From an uncultured Clostridium sp. (GTDB lineage: Bacteria > Bacillota > Clostridia > TANB77 > CAG-508): a stretch of 32,000 bases of DNA. The notes under the pieces are model-generated. The model searched no databases. It saw only the letters and a list, made by a program, of their open reading frames with translations, and had not been told where the DNA came from. The translations under genes and the position numbers were made by a program. Numbering within the stretch: the first letter of the stretch is position 1; every line of letters begins with the position of its first letter. This document shows positions 1 to 9,700 of this stretch, one piece after another. The DNA is taken from contig CAOKJE010000018.1 in the NCBI GenBank assembly GCA_948468505.1, positions 656 through 32,655 on the forward strand, written 5' to 3'.

Positions 1-370
1 TTTCAATTGTATTTATGTACAATTTGCAAACATAAAATGTTATTCTTTCGTCTAAATTTTTTTCGTTCTCCACTTGCATTTCAATCGATGCTATTGTTCC
101 ATCTTGTAGTTTTGCTCTTACGTCTAATACACCAAGTTTTGATGTTTCGTATTCTCTTGGTAGTTCTGGATTTTGAATTTCTAAATTTTCTATTTTTATT
201 TTTAAGATGGCTTGTAATAGCCCTTTTAAGTTTTCTTCCTTGCCATTTACACCAAATAAATTCTTAAACATGAAGTCTTTGATTGCTGGAATTCTAATGA
301 TTCTTCCCTCTTGCCAAGTGGCTCCTCCTTCGTCTTTTTCATAGGTAATTTTGTTAAGTTTTTCTATCAT
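1..370 (-). CDS. Rpn-family / PD-(D/E)XK nuclease-type putative transposase, N-terminal part; the gene runs off the window start
   Basis: Not in the ORF track because it is truncated. The minus-strand ATG at 370 is preceded by AGGAAGG. Translation is MIEKLNKITYEKDEGGATWQEGRIIRIPAIKDFMFKNLFGVNGKEENLKGLLQAILKIKIENLEIQNPELPREYETSKLGVLDVRAKLQDGTIASIEMQVENEKNLDERITFYVCKLY. The pattern (FKxLFG ... LLxAIL ... LDVxA ... IEMQ ... RxxFY) matches my recollection of Rpn/PDDEXK_2 transposase-like proteins. Confidence 0.55.
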   Translation of the reverse strand, partial: MIEKLNKITYEKDEGGATWQEGRIIRIPAIKDFMFKNLFGVNGKEENLKGLLQAILKIKIENLEIQNPELPREYETSKLGVLDVRAKLQDGTIASIEMQVENEKNLDERITFYVCKLYINTIE

Positions 371-860
371 GTTTCCTTCCTTTCTAATTTTACTACAAAA
401 TCCTTTTTTATGCAAGAGTAAAGTTGGGTTTTATAGAAAATTTTTGATTTATTTGCTTTTTGCTTAAAATAAGGACATAAAATTTTAGAACTATAACTTT
501 TGTTAAATTTTTAAGGATAAAATACAAAATATTAATGGGGACGGCTTTTTCTTTTTTGGAAATTTATCGATTTTTAAAAATTAAATCATTAAAATAATCA
601 TTATAGATAAAATTTATTTTATGCAATATTTTAAAACAAAATTGCATACTTCTATTTAACCATATTTTAACAAATTTTTCAATACTTTTCTAACCACTTT
701 TCATCGCAATTTTCTACATTTTTCGACATAAATAAATCATTTTCAAAAAAATAGTTTAACCAAAATTATGAAAACAAATACACAATAAAAAAACCTTAAA
801 TTATTGCATACCAACCTCCCCTAAAATGTAATAAAAGAAAAACAAAAGAAGGGGAGAAAA

Positions 861-2939
861 ATGAAACAAAAGCAAGAAGGAATAACCATAGTAGCCTTAG
901 TAGTTACCATCATAGTATTATTAATACTAGCAAGCATAACCATAGCAAGCCTAAAAAGTGACAACGGAATCATAAAAGAGGCAAACACAGCCAAAAAAGC
1001 AGTAGAAATGCAAGCATTAGAAGAACAAATAGAAATAGCCATCATAAAAGCTGAGCAAAAACATCGAAAACCTACCTTAGAACAAGTAATAGAAGAAATC
1101 GAAAAAATAGAACATGTCACAAAAGTAGACAAAGAAACAGGAGACATAGAAAATGACATAGGAGAGCCAATCAAAGGAAAACTAGATGATTACATAAAAC
1201 AAGATACAACAGGAGGAAATACAACAGGAAACAACACAAGTGGAGGAAACACGTCAGGTGGAAATAATACAAGCGGAGGCAATACTTCTGGTGGAAATAC
1301 ATCAGGAGGAAACAATACAACTGGAGGTAACACATCAAGCGGAAACAATACGTCAGGAGGAGAAGTAACAAAACCAGATGTAGCAAACGTAGAAATTACC
1401 AAAAATCCAAATAACGTAGAAACCATCGAAAGAGTACAAGATATAGCATTTAGTATCACAGCAACAGGAGAAGGAACCAAAACCTATCAATGGTATGAAA
1501 ACAACACAAATGCTAACAGTGGAGGAAATCCACTAAGTGGAGAAACAGAACCAACCTATACAATATCTGCCAATGATGTAACCACAAGCCTAAACGGAAA
1601 ATACTATTATTGTGTCGTAACCCTAAAAAATGGAACAGCAACCGATACCAAAACAAGTACACCAGCTAAACTAAACGTAGTAGCCAAAGCGACCATAACC
1701 AAACAGCCAATGTCTGCAAATGTTAAAGAAGGAACGGCAGTAACTTTTAGTATAGAGGCAACGGGAACAGGAATAACTGGATACCAATGGTATCAAAATA
1801 GTACAAGTGGAAATAGTGGAGGAACAGCAATTGCAGGGGCAACAAGTGCAAGTTATACGATACCAGCAGCAAATGTGACAACAGCTTTAAGTGGAAAATA
1901 TTACTATTGTGTAGTTAGTCAAACTTATGGAAGTTCGAGTATGACAATAGTTTCGAATAGTGTTCCATTAATAGTAGCTAAAAAACCAACAACTGTCCAG
2001 GAAAGCAAAAATGATGGTGGGGTATTAAGTGAAACAGAGCCGACTACGATTAAAGATTCTAATGGAAATACGCTTGTAGTACCAGAGGGATTTAAGATAG
2101 CCTCTGATTCTGCAACTGAGGTATCAAAAGGAATTGTAATTGAAGATGTTAGTCATGGAAAAACGGCAGGTAGTCAGTTTGTGTGGGTACCAGTAGGAGA
2201 TGTTTATACTTCTACTACTAATAAAGTATCGATAGAATTTAGTAGATATACATTTAATGCTACTACTGGTGTTCCAACAAGTTATGGAGATTCCGTAATA
2301 AAGACTTATTATGATGAAAAAGAAAATTCTACATATGGAAATAAAAATGCAAAGAATCTTAGTGCATTTAAATCAAGCGTGGCAACTCATAAAGGGTACT
2401 ATTTTGGAAGATATGAAGCAGGTGATCCTTCTGCTACAGAAGAAAGAACCTCAAATACTTATCATGGAACTGATGAACCAATGGTATGTAAAGCAGGAAT
2501 TCAGCCATATAAACATGTAACGCAACCAATTGCTTCAAGATTAAGTCAAGCTATGTATAATGATGGAAATTTATCATTTACAAGTGATTTGATTAATAGT
2601 TATACTTGGGATACGACTCTTGTTTTTATCCAAACATGTTCTGGTGATGTGAATTATTCAAATTCCAAAGCTTTACAAAACACAGTAACATTAACAGGAA
2701 TGGCAAAAGATGCTAATGGAAATAAAGATGTAAAATGTAATATTTACGATATGACAGGAAATGTAAGTGAATGCTCAACAGAAACATATACAAAATATGA
2801 TTCTGTACAAGGTTTTTCTCCTAGTGTTTTTCGAGGTGGAAACGCAGCTGTAAACAAAGCTTTTATTCGAACTTATGGAAAATCAAATGGTATCTATGCT
2901 ACTATGGCTTTTCGACCAATTTTATATTTTACAAAGTAA
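861..2939 (+). CDS. Secreted or pseudopilin-like multidomain protein: prepilin-like hydrophobic N-terminus, GGNTS low-complexity linker, two Ig-like repeats, C-terminal FGE/SUMF1-like (formylglycine-generating-enzyme fold) domain
   Basis: 692-aa ORF with RBS AAGGGGAG upstream. The N-terminus KQEGITIVALVVTIIVLLILASITIASLKSDNGIIKEANTAKK resembles the G-(I/F)TLIALV pseudopilin-type leader common in gut Firmicutes. Two repeats follow the pattern ITKxP...FSI(T/E)ATG.G...YQWY.N......G......Y(T)I.A..VT..L.GKYYYCVV. The C-terminus has FVWVPVG, GYYFGRYEAG and RGGNA...AFRP, which are FGE-sulfatase-like motifs. It contains no in-frame CGG. Confidence 0.8.
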   Translation: MKQKQEGITIVALVVTIIVLLILASITIASLKSDNGIIKEANTAKKAVEMQALEEQIEIAIIKAEQKHRKPTLEQVIEEIEKIEHVTKVDKETGDIENDIGEPIKGKLDDYIKQDTTGGNTTGNNTSGGNTSGGNNTSGGNTSGGNTSGGNNTTGGNTSSGNNTSGGEVTKPDVANVEITKNPNNVETIERVQDIAFSITATGEGTKTYQWYENNTNANSGGNPLSGETEPTYTISANDVTTSLNGKYYYCVVTLKNGTATDTKTSTPAKLNVVAKATITKQPMSANVKEGTAVTFSIEATGTGITGYQWYQNSTSGNSGGTAIAGATSASYTIPAANVTTALSGKYYYCVVSQTYGSSSMTIVSNSVPLIVAKKPTTVQESKNDGGVLSETEPTTIKDSNGNTLVVPEGFKIASDSATEVSKGIVIEDVSHGKTAGSQFVWVPVGDVYTSTTNKVSIEFSRYTFNATTGVPTSYGDSVIKTYYDEKENSTYGNKNAKNLSAFKSSVATHKGYYFGRYEAGDPSATEERTSNTYHGTDEPMVCKAGIQPYKHVTQPIASRLSQAMYNDGNLSFTSDLINSYTWDTTLVFIQTCSGDVNYSNSKALQNTVTLTGMAKDANGNKDVKCNIYDMTGNVSECSTETYTKYDSVQGFSPSVFRGGNAAVNKAFIRTYGKSNGIYATMAFRPILYFTK
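1203..1362 (+). repeat. Coding low-complexity tandem repeat (GGNTS/GGNNTS units) inside the 861..2939 CDS
   Basis: The translation reads TTGGNTTGNNTSGGNTSGGNNTSGGNTSGGNTSGGNNTTGGNTSSGNNTSGG. The DNA shows imperfect 15/18-nt units (ggaggaaacac[g/a]tca...). Confidence 0.85.
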
Positions 2940-2949
2940 AAAAATTTAA

Positions 2950-2995
2950 AAAAGATAATTGTTTATCAATTCTAACAATTATCTTTTTTATTTAT
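2950..2995 (+). terminator. Rho-independent terminator of the 861..2939 gene
   Basis: A perfect 14-bp inverted repeat (aaaagataattgtt ... aacaattatctttt) is followed by a T-rich tract. Confidence 0.75.
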
Positions 2996-3009
2996 TTTCC
3001 TACCATATA

Positions 3010-3050
3010 AAAATCTAGTGTGCTTTTATTTGCACACTAGATTTTTTCCT
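3010..3050. terminator. Bidirectional stem-loop terminator between convergent genes
   Basis: tctagtgtgc / gcacactaga is a 10-bp stem flanked by an A-run on the left and a T-run on the right. It lies just downstream of the minus-strand stop at 3081. Confidence 0.7.
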
Positions 3051-3080
3051 TATTTTAACCTTTATGGTTTATGTCACTTT

Positions 3081-6000
3081 TTAAAGCACTTTCTTCTTAA
3101 TGATAACAACTCCTGCACCTAAGATGATGAATGAGGTTATTCCGATTAAGACTGGCAAGATGTAGTTTAAATCTTCACCTGTTGCTGGTGTTACGATAAC
3201 AGTTTCTGCCATATAGTCGTCTGTTTCGGTGTGTCCTTTTCCTGGGATGTAGGTTCCTGGTATTGAGTCTGGTACACATCCTCCTGGTCTGTTTAGTTCT
3301 ACCATTTCCGTTTCGTTATCTAATGAAATTTCGTCTGTTGTGGTTAATATTTTAGATACGTTTAGGTCTACCGTTGCTGTGTTTTGTCCTTCTATTGGTA
3401 TTAGTGGTGTTTCTTTTAGTGCTTCTGTATATAGTACTGTTTTGTTTCTTACGGTTGATTCTTCATTTCCAAACACTTCTGCTGATACATATTTTAATAT
3501 GTCCTCTTCTTCTGGTAACACTTTCCATTGTGGGTTTTTCTGGTCATCAAATGCCCATCCTCTGTCTAAGTAGTCTATGATACCAGTTGGCGTGATACTG
3601 ATGATGTCTCCTGTTTTGTCTCCATAGGTGTAGTACGCTTCTGATAGGTAATCTACTTCCCCTTGGTTTGTGGTTTTGAATTCGTATCCTACTTCTAGGA
3701 TAGATCCTTGCATTAATTCGTTGTCAAGTTCTAGCTTGATGAATCCGTTTCCTGGGTTAGTTCCTGGACTTGGTGGCATGTATGTTACGTATTGATGTTG
3801 TCCTGTTAGGTTTCCTTTTTCGTCTACTTCTAAGTCTATGATTACTTGACCATTTGCTAAGGTTACTTTTAGTGTTTTTACTCGTTTTTCTAGTTTTAGG
3901 TCTTGACGTGCTCTTCTTATGATACCAAAGTCTATGTTGTCAATTCTATAGGTGTATTGGTCTCCCATAGAAGCTGTGGTTACTGTGTCATATTCTACAC
4001 CAATTGCCATGGTTGGGGTGGTTGAGTCCATTTTGGTTCTTGTTATGTTTCCTAATGTGTTGGTTGTCATTTTTCTTATTTCTTCGTCTATTTGAAGTCT
4101 TGAACCTTTTGGTGCTTCTTGTTCTTTGTTGTAGTTGTCCATTGCATCGGTTAGTCGTTTTTCTACGTCTTTTTTATACCATTCTTTATCTTGTTGTCTT
4201 TCTCTTTCTGGATAGATGGTTCCTTTGTAGTCTTGTACAGTGTAAGTTTGGTCTCCCCATGTGTAGGTTACGGTGTAGTCTCCTGGGATGTAGTTGTTGA
4301 TAAAGAAATCTCCGTTTTCGTCTGTTGTTGCTTTGTATACTTTTCCGCTTCCTGTGTTTTCACTAAAGGTGATTTCTACGTTTGGTATTCCTATTTCTCC
4401 GTCTTCGTATCGTCCATTTCCTTGGCGGATTTGTCCGGTTCTTAGGGTCGCGGTTGGTACTTCTTTTCCGTTTTCGTCTATTGCTTTGTCTTCAAACATT
4501 TTTCCTGCTAGTTCTCTTGCGTTGTCTGCTACTTCTAGTAATAATGCTGGACTTGAGTCTGTGTCGTCTTCGTAGGTATTTTGCTTTCCTGGAATACAGT
4601 TTCCTGGTGCAGAGTCGATATCAACTCCTGCATAGCTTTCTCCACCTTCAAAAGATGAATAACTGTTTATTTCTACTACATTTTGTAAGTTTTCTCTGTT
4701 ATTTAAGATGTTTATGACACCTTCTTTGTTGATTAAGAATTCTACATAGATGCTCTTTTCTGTTTGTGCTTCTAGTTTTGTGTTGTTTTTGATGATGGTT
4801 TTTTGATATTGGTCGTTGTAAGAGCTTTCTTCGTGCTCGATGCTGTCGATTACAGAACCGTTAGGGTTTAGCGCATCTCCTACGTGTAGTATTTCGTATT
4901 TGTTGTCAAAGTAGTCTACTAATGTGTTTATTTGTGATGTTAAGCTGGTTGCTTGGTTTTTCATTTTTATTTCGTAGATGATGTAAGCTTTTAGTTCTTT
5001 ACTTTTATCGGTTGGATGCTCGAATTCATAGTCTGCTTTGTAGACTGCTCTTTTGTATGTCATGTTTCCATATTTGCTTCCGAATTTTACTCCTACATTG
5101 AATCCTTCTCCTCCATATTCTCCTGCATTTAGCGTTCTTTGAGAGTATAGATAGGTGTGTTCGTATCCGTTAATGGTTAGGCGTACATTGTTTAAGTCTT
5201 TTACGATTGCTAGGTCTGGTTGTTCTCTTTCATATAGTCCTAGGTTGATGTTTCTGATTTCTTCTAGTCCTTCTGTGTAATGGTTGACTATTTTGTATCC
5301 TGTTTTTTCTGTGTCTGCTGCTATTTTGTATTGTCCATTATTGATTAATGTTGCTGTATATTCTGCTTCGTTTATTTCATAACTTAAGTTATGTACAATG
5401 TTTCCTTCTGGATTTCTGGTAAATCCAGCATTTCTTGTGTTGTTTCCTTCTATTATGCTAAAGTCGTTGTTGAATTTTCTTCTTTCTTCTGCTCCTTCTG
5501 CTGCTTTTGAGGTGTTGGTTCCACTGATGTATGGTATTACATTGGTATAGGTTAGTCCATCGTATTCGAATTCAATGTAATAGTCTCCTAATTTGTTGAT
5601 TAATATTTCTTCAAATAGATATTCTCCATTTCCATTGCCATTTTCATATCTTCCTAAGGCACTTGTTACGGCTGTTCTTTCTACTTCTCCTGTTGTTTTG
5701 TCAATTAGTCTTACGGTAATTCCATTTAATAGTTCGTCGTTTCCATCAAATGCTGAATCTCTAAATTTGTTGTTTCTTTTTGGTTGTTTTGCATCGTCTG
5801 GTCTATCAATCCATACATATCCTGATAGATTGACTTTGAATTCTATTGTTATATCTGGATATTTAAATGGTGTTTCTACTTCTTTTGGTGTTCCTGTTCC
5901 TGGTGATATGTCAATTAAGTTTTGTCTAGAGTCTTGTATAGAGTCTAAGAATTCTATGGTTACTCTTTTTGGTGCTTCTAACCTCTGGTATCCTTTGATT

Positions 6001-6773
6001 TCAGAAAGTTTATTGATATTGTCTTTTTCTGCTATGATAATATAGAAATCTTTTCCAGATTTGATACCTTCGATACCATGCCATTGTTCTTGGTTTCCTT
6101 TAAAGCTACTAAATTGGAATTTGTTAAGTTTTTTTCCATCTTGGTCTTTTCCTTCTACTTTTATAAGTTCTCCATTAAATTCCCAGTTAAATGGTCCTAT
6201 TCTTGCATAATTTTCATTATCCTTTTGGAAGACTGTTACTTTTATATCTTCTTTTTTGGTGTTGTCTTTCATGGTTGCTTCGCCTTGTTTTTGATATTTG
6301 TCAGCATAGTTTCCAGCTTTTTTTAATAGTTCTGTTCCTGCTGAAGAACCACTAGCTCCTGTTGCAAATCCACTTCTTAATCCTGCATGTCTTTTTCCTA
6401 CTTTTGCTACCCATGTGTCTAGGTAACTCCAAATGGCATTGGCTACTTTTCCGTCTGATTTACTTCCACTTCCATTATCAGCATTTAAGATGTAAGCAAG
6501 TTTTGCGTTGTGCCAACTTTGTATTGTATGCCCGTAATGATCCGTTGATGTATCTCCATCTATTGTAATTTTTGAAATTACTTCATAGACTTGCCCTTCG
6601 CTTTTTAATGCTTGCCCATGTTGTGCACAGTATATATATTTACTATTTAGGTATTGATTGTAAGTTATGGTTACTTTATCTCCTACACTATAAGCCTCGG
6701 TGATTGTGTTTAAACCTATAATTGCTATGATAGTAATTATAATACTAATTATTATTTTTTTAATTGTGTTCAT
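3081..6773 (-). CDS. Giant cell-wall-anchored adhesin or pilin-like protein with SdrD/Cna-B-type (SpaA-like) domains
   Basis: 1230-aa ORF with an N-terminal signal/TM segment. Two SD-repeat B-like modules are present (GYVWIDR...NGITVRLIDKTTGE...GEYLFEEI..GDYYIEFEYD and GKMFEDKAIDENGKE...IPNVEITFSENTGSGKVYKATTDENGDFFINNYIPGDYTVTYTW). The C-terminal sorting-signal architecture is VTPATGE plus a hydrophobic helix plus KKKVL. It contains no in-frame CGG. Confidence 0.85.
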   Translation of the reverse strand: MNTIKKIIISIIITIIAIIGLNTITEAYSVGDKVTITYNQYLNSKYIYCAQHGQALKSEGQVYEVISKITIDGDTSTDHYGHTIQSWHNAKLAYILNADNGSGSKSDGKVANAIWSYLDTWVAKVGKRHAGLRSGFATGASGSSAGTELLKKAGNYADKYQKQGEATMKDNTKKEDIKVTVFQKDNENYARIGPFNWEFNGELIKVEGKDQDGKKLNKFQFSSFKGNQEQWHGIEGIKSGKDFYIIIAEKDNINKLSEIKGYQRLEAPKRVTIEFLDSIQDSRQNLIDISPGTGTPKEVETPFKYPDITIEFKVNLSGYVWIDRPDDAKQPKRNNKFRDSAFDGNDELLNGITVRLIDKTTGEVERTAVTSALGRYENGNGNGEYLFEEILINKLGDYYIEFEYDGLTYTNVIPYISGTNTSKAAEGAEERRKFNNDFSIIEGNNTRNAGFTRNPEGNIVHNLSYEINEAEYTATLINNGQYKIAADTEKTGYKIVNHYTEGLEEIRNINLGLYEREQPDLAIVKDLNNVRLTINGYEHTYLYSQRTLNAGEYGGEGFNVGVKFGSKYGNMTYKRAVYKADYEFEHPTDKSKELKAYIIYEIKMKNQATSLTSQINTLVDYFDNKYEILHVGDALNPNGSVIDSIEHEESSYNDQYQKTIIKNNTKLEAQTEKSIYVEFLINKEGVINILNNRENLQNVVEINSYSSFEGGESYAGVDIDSAPGNCIPGKQNTYEDDTDSSPALLLEVADNARELAGKMFEDKAIDENGKEVPTATLRTGQIRQGNGRYEDGEIGIPNVEITFSENTGSGKVYKATTDENGDFFINNYIPGDYTVTYTWGDQTYTVQDYKGTIYPERERQQDKEWYKKDVEKRLTDAMDNYNKEQEAPKGSRLQIDEEIRKMTTNTLGNITRTKMDSTTPTMAIGVEYDTVTTASMGDQYTYRIDNIDFGIIRRARQDLKLEKRVKTLKVTLANGQVIIDLEVDEKGNLTGQHQYVTYMPPSPGTNPGNGFIKLELDNELMQGSILEVGYEFKTTNQGEVDYLSEAYYTYGDKTGDIISITPTGIIDYLDRGWAFDDQKNPQWKVLPEEEDILKYVSAEVFGNEESTVRNKTVLYTEALKETPLIPIEGQNTATVDLNVSKILTTTDEISLDNETEMVELNRPGGCVPDSIPGTYIPGKGHTETDDYMAETVIVTPATGEDLNYILPVLIGITSFIILGAGVVIIKKKVL

Positions 6774-6793
6774 TTTTTTCCCTCCTTTCCTTC

Positions 6794-9700
6794 TTACTCT
6801 TCGTTTCCTTGTTTATTTTTGTTTTTTATGATAATAATGGCTGTTACTCCAAGTATCGTAACTATAATAACTCCTAAAGTTATATATAGTACTCCTCCTG
6901 TTCGGATGCTTAGTAATACTTCTGCTGAGCCTAAATCATTTTCTCCTTTTGCTCTATTTCCTGGTGTTGAGTTGCTGTCAGGTATTTCTAAATCGTTGTA
7001 ATCTTCTACAATTTCTGCTGTGTTTGGTATTAGTCCAGTGCTGTCTTCTGTCATAGATTTGCTTAAAGTTAAGGTTACTGTTTTGGTTTCTCCTGGTTGT
7101 ATGATTTCGTTTGCTAATTTGCTTGTGTATAATGTGTTTCCTACTTGGTACCAGTCTTTGTTTAGTTCTGAACTGAATTTTAATTCTGTGCTTGCATAGT
7201 CTGCTATTTTTTTAGCATATCCTGGTATTTCTCCATTGTTAGTTACTTTTATTTGGTATTCGATGATAACGGTTGAACCATTGATGGTTTTGGCATCTAG
7301 TTCTACTTTTGCCATGGTTTCGTTATCATATTGTCTTACGGTTGTTCCTTTTGCGTTTTGGATTAGTATTTTTGTTACATGTTTATCAAGTTTTAGGTCA
7401 AAGTTTTCTAATTTGATTAGTCCTATGTTGATGTCTGAGATGTTATTGTCTTCTACATTTAATATGTCTGTTGCTGCTACTTGTTGGTTTTGGTTTTCGA
7501 TGGTTAATTCGCTTAGTAATACGTTTGAGTTTTCTGCTGCTTCGGCTCCTTCTACTTGATATTTTGTGATAGCATATTGGTTTTTGTCGTATTCGAATAT
7601 GGCGATGTAATTACCGTTTCCTATTTTGTCTAATACGTATACACCATTTTCGTTTGTTATGGCTTCTAATGTTTGTCCATCTTTTTCTTTTACTAGGTTA
7701 TTGGTTTTTGTGTTTAATAGTTTTACTTTTATTCCACTTAGGGTTGTTTCTTTCCCATCTTTTTTTCCGTTTGCGTTTTCGTCAAACCAAGCTATTCCTG
7801 TTATGGTTCCTTTTCCATTTGCTATGTCATTGTTAGTTAAGTTGTTGTCTGTTGTTTCCCCACTTTCACTGTTTGCTTCTATGATGTGATTGATTTCTGA
7901 AGTGGCTGCTACTCTTTCTCCATATACTTCTGCATAGGCAATGTTTGTGATTGGTTCTGCTTTGTTTCTTGTTGCTGCATAGTCAACAATTGTTTCTATT
8001 TCTATTGTGGTACTTTCTTTTGCTGGTATGGTTAGTGGTAAGTTGATTTGGTTTTCTTCTATTTCTTCTATTTTTTCTCCATCTTGTGTTATTTGCTCTA
8101 TACTTAAACTGCTTGGTATGCTGTCTTTTAGTTCTAATGCTTTTGTTTCTGCATTTGCTTTATTTTCTACTTCGATGATGTATTTTATGGTGTCTCCTGA
8201 TTTTAGGTATTGACTGTTGGTGTTTGTTTCCATATTGATGCCAACTTCTGTTTTTTGTATTTTGTCTTGCCAATTATTGGATTGGTATTCTTTTTTTCCG
8301 TCTTTTACGGTTACGGAAAAGTCGATGTCTTTGGCTTTGTTGATTTTTAGACTATACGCTAATACTTTTGTTTGTCCTTCTTCTAATTCGCCTATGTTGA
8401 TTTCTTTTTTGTATTCTAGTTCTTCGGTTTGTATTTCGTTTTCTGTTTCTGTTACTTCTTTTACTGTTTTTGGATTTACTTCTTTTATATTTTGCCCTTC
8501 TTCCTCTTCTCCTATTATGTGTATGTCGTCTGAGCTTTCTTTTCCCATGTTGATGTGCATTGCTAGGTCTACGACTTCTAAATGTTCAGGAAGGTTTGTT
8601 TGTAATTTAACGTTTTCTTGCTTTTGGTTAGAGATGTTTTCTATGATGGCAAAGTATTTTACTGTTTCTCCTTCATATAGTTCTATACTTCTGTCTGTTA
8701 CACGTTTTACAGAAACTCTAATGTTTCCGGTTTCGGTTTCGTGTTTTACTTCTTCGGTTGTTTTGGTAACGTCTCCATATTTTATTTCTGCTTTGTTACT
8801 TAGGGTTTCTCCTGCTTTTGTTTGGTTGTTTACTCTAACTTCATATTCTACATGGATGGTTTGTCCTACTGCTAGTTTTTCTATTGTCGTTTCATAGGTT
8901 TTGTTTTCTAGTTCTTGGTAGTAAGATGCTCCTGTGTATTCGTATTTTTCTTCTGGTTCTACTAGTGTGGTTCCTTCTGGTACTTGTCCTTTTATTTTTA
9001 CGTTTTTGATTTCTTCTGTTCCTGTGTTTGCTACTTCTATGTTGTAACGGATTACTTCTCCGTTTTTTACGTTTTTTTGGTTTTGTTTTCCTGCAATGGT
9101 TGCTGTTAATTTTGTTTCTACTTTTGGTCCTATTCCTGTTTGCATTTCAATTATGGTAGAAAGTAGTTCTCCTTCTACTTTTGTACTGCTATTGGTGTAT
9201 TTTACTTGGTATCCTGTTTTTGCTACTTTGTTGTATTCTAAGTTTTCTGGTACTTGATAGGTGTAATTTCCTTGGATTGTTTCTCCACTTTCTAGGCTGT
9301 TTACTAGGATTAGGTATTTGGTTACTTTTTTAGTGTTTGTTATTTTTTCACGCCAACCGTTTTCTGGGTTTTGTATGTCGTCTGTTGCTGTTTCGTTTTC
9401 GGTGTAGTAAATTTTAGCTTCTTTTGATAATGCAATTTCTTTTGCTATTTCTATTTCCATGTTGTTTTCTTGATTGTTGGTTGGTAACATTCCCATTATT
9501 TTTATGTTTTCGATTGTGTTTTCGTTGTTGTTGATTACTTCTATTTGTGCTTGGTATTGTTTTTCTTCTGCACCTCTTGGCATTGCTACTGTTTTTTGTT
9601 GTTCTTGTGCTAGGGTTTCGATGTTTAGTTCTGGCACACTATAGATTGCTGTTATGTCTGTTGGTGCTATGATTTTGATTTCTTTTTGGGTGTTTCCTAT

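Noticed and set aside
1203-1362. A short tandem repeat region as a possible CRISPR array or non-coding satellite
   Set aside because: The units are 15 to 18 nt with no spacers, and the region lies in frame inside a long ORF where it encodes a Gly/Asn/Thr/Ser linker.
1171-1480. Minus-strand ORFs (71 and 96 aa) over the GGNTS repeat
   Set aside because: They are antisense reading frames of a coding low-complexity repeat, and their products are repetitive (PPVVLFPPDVF...).
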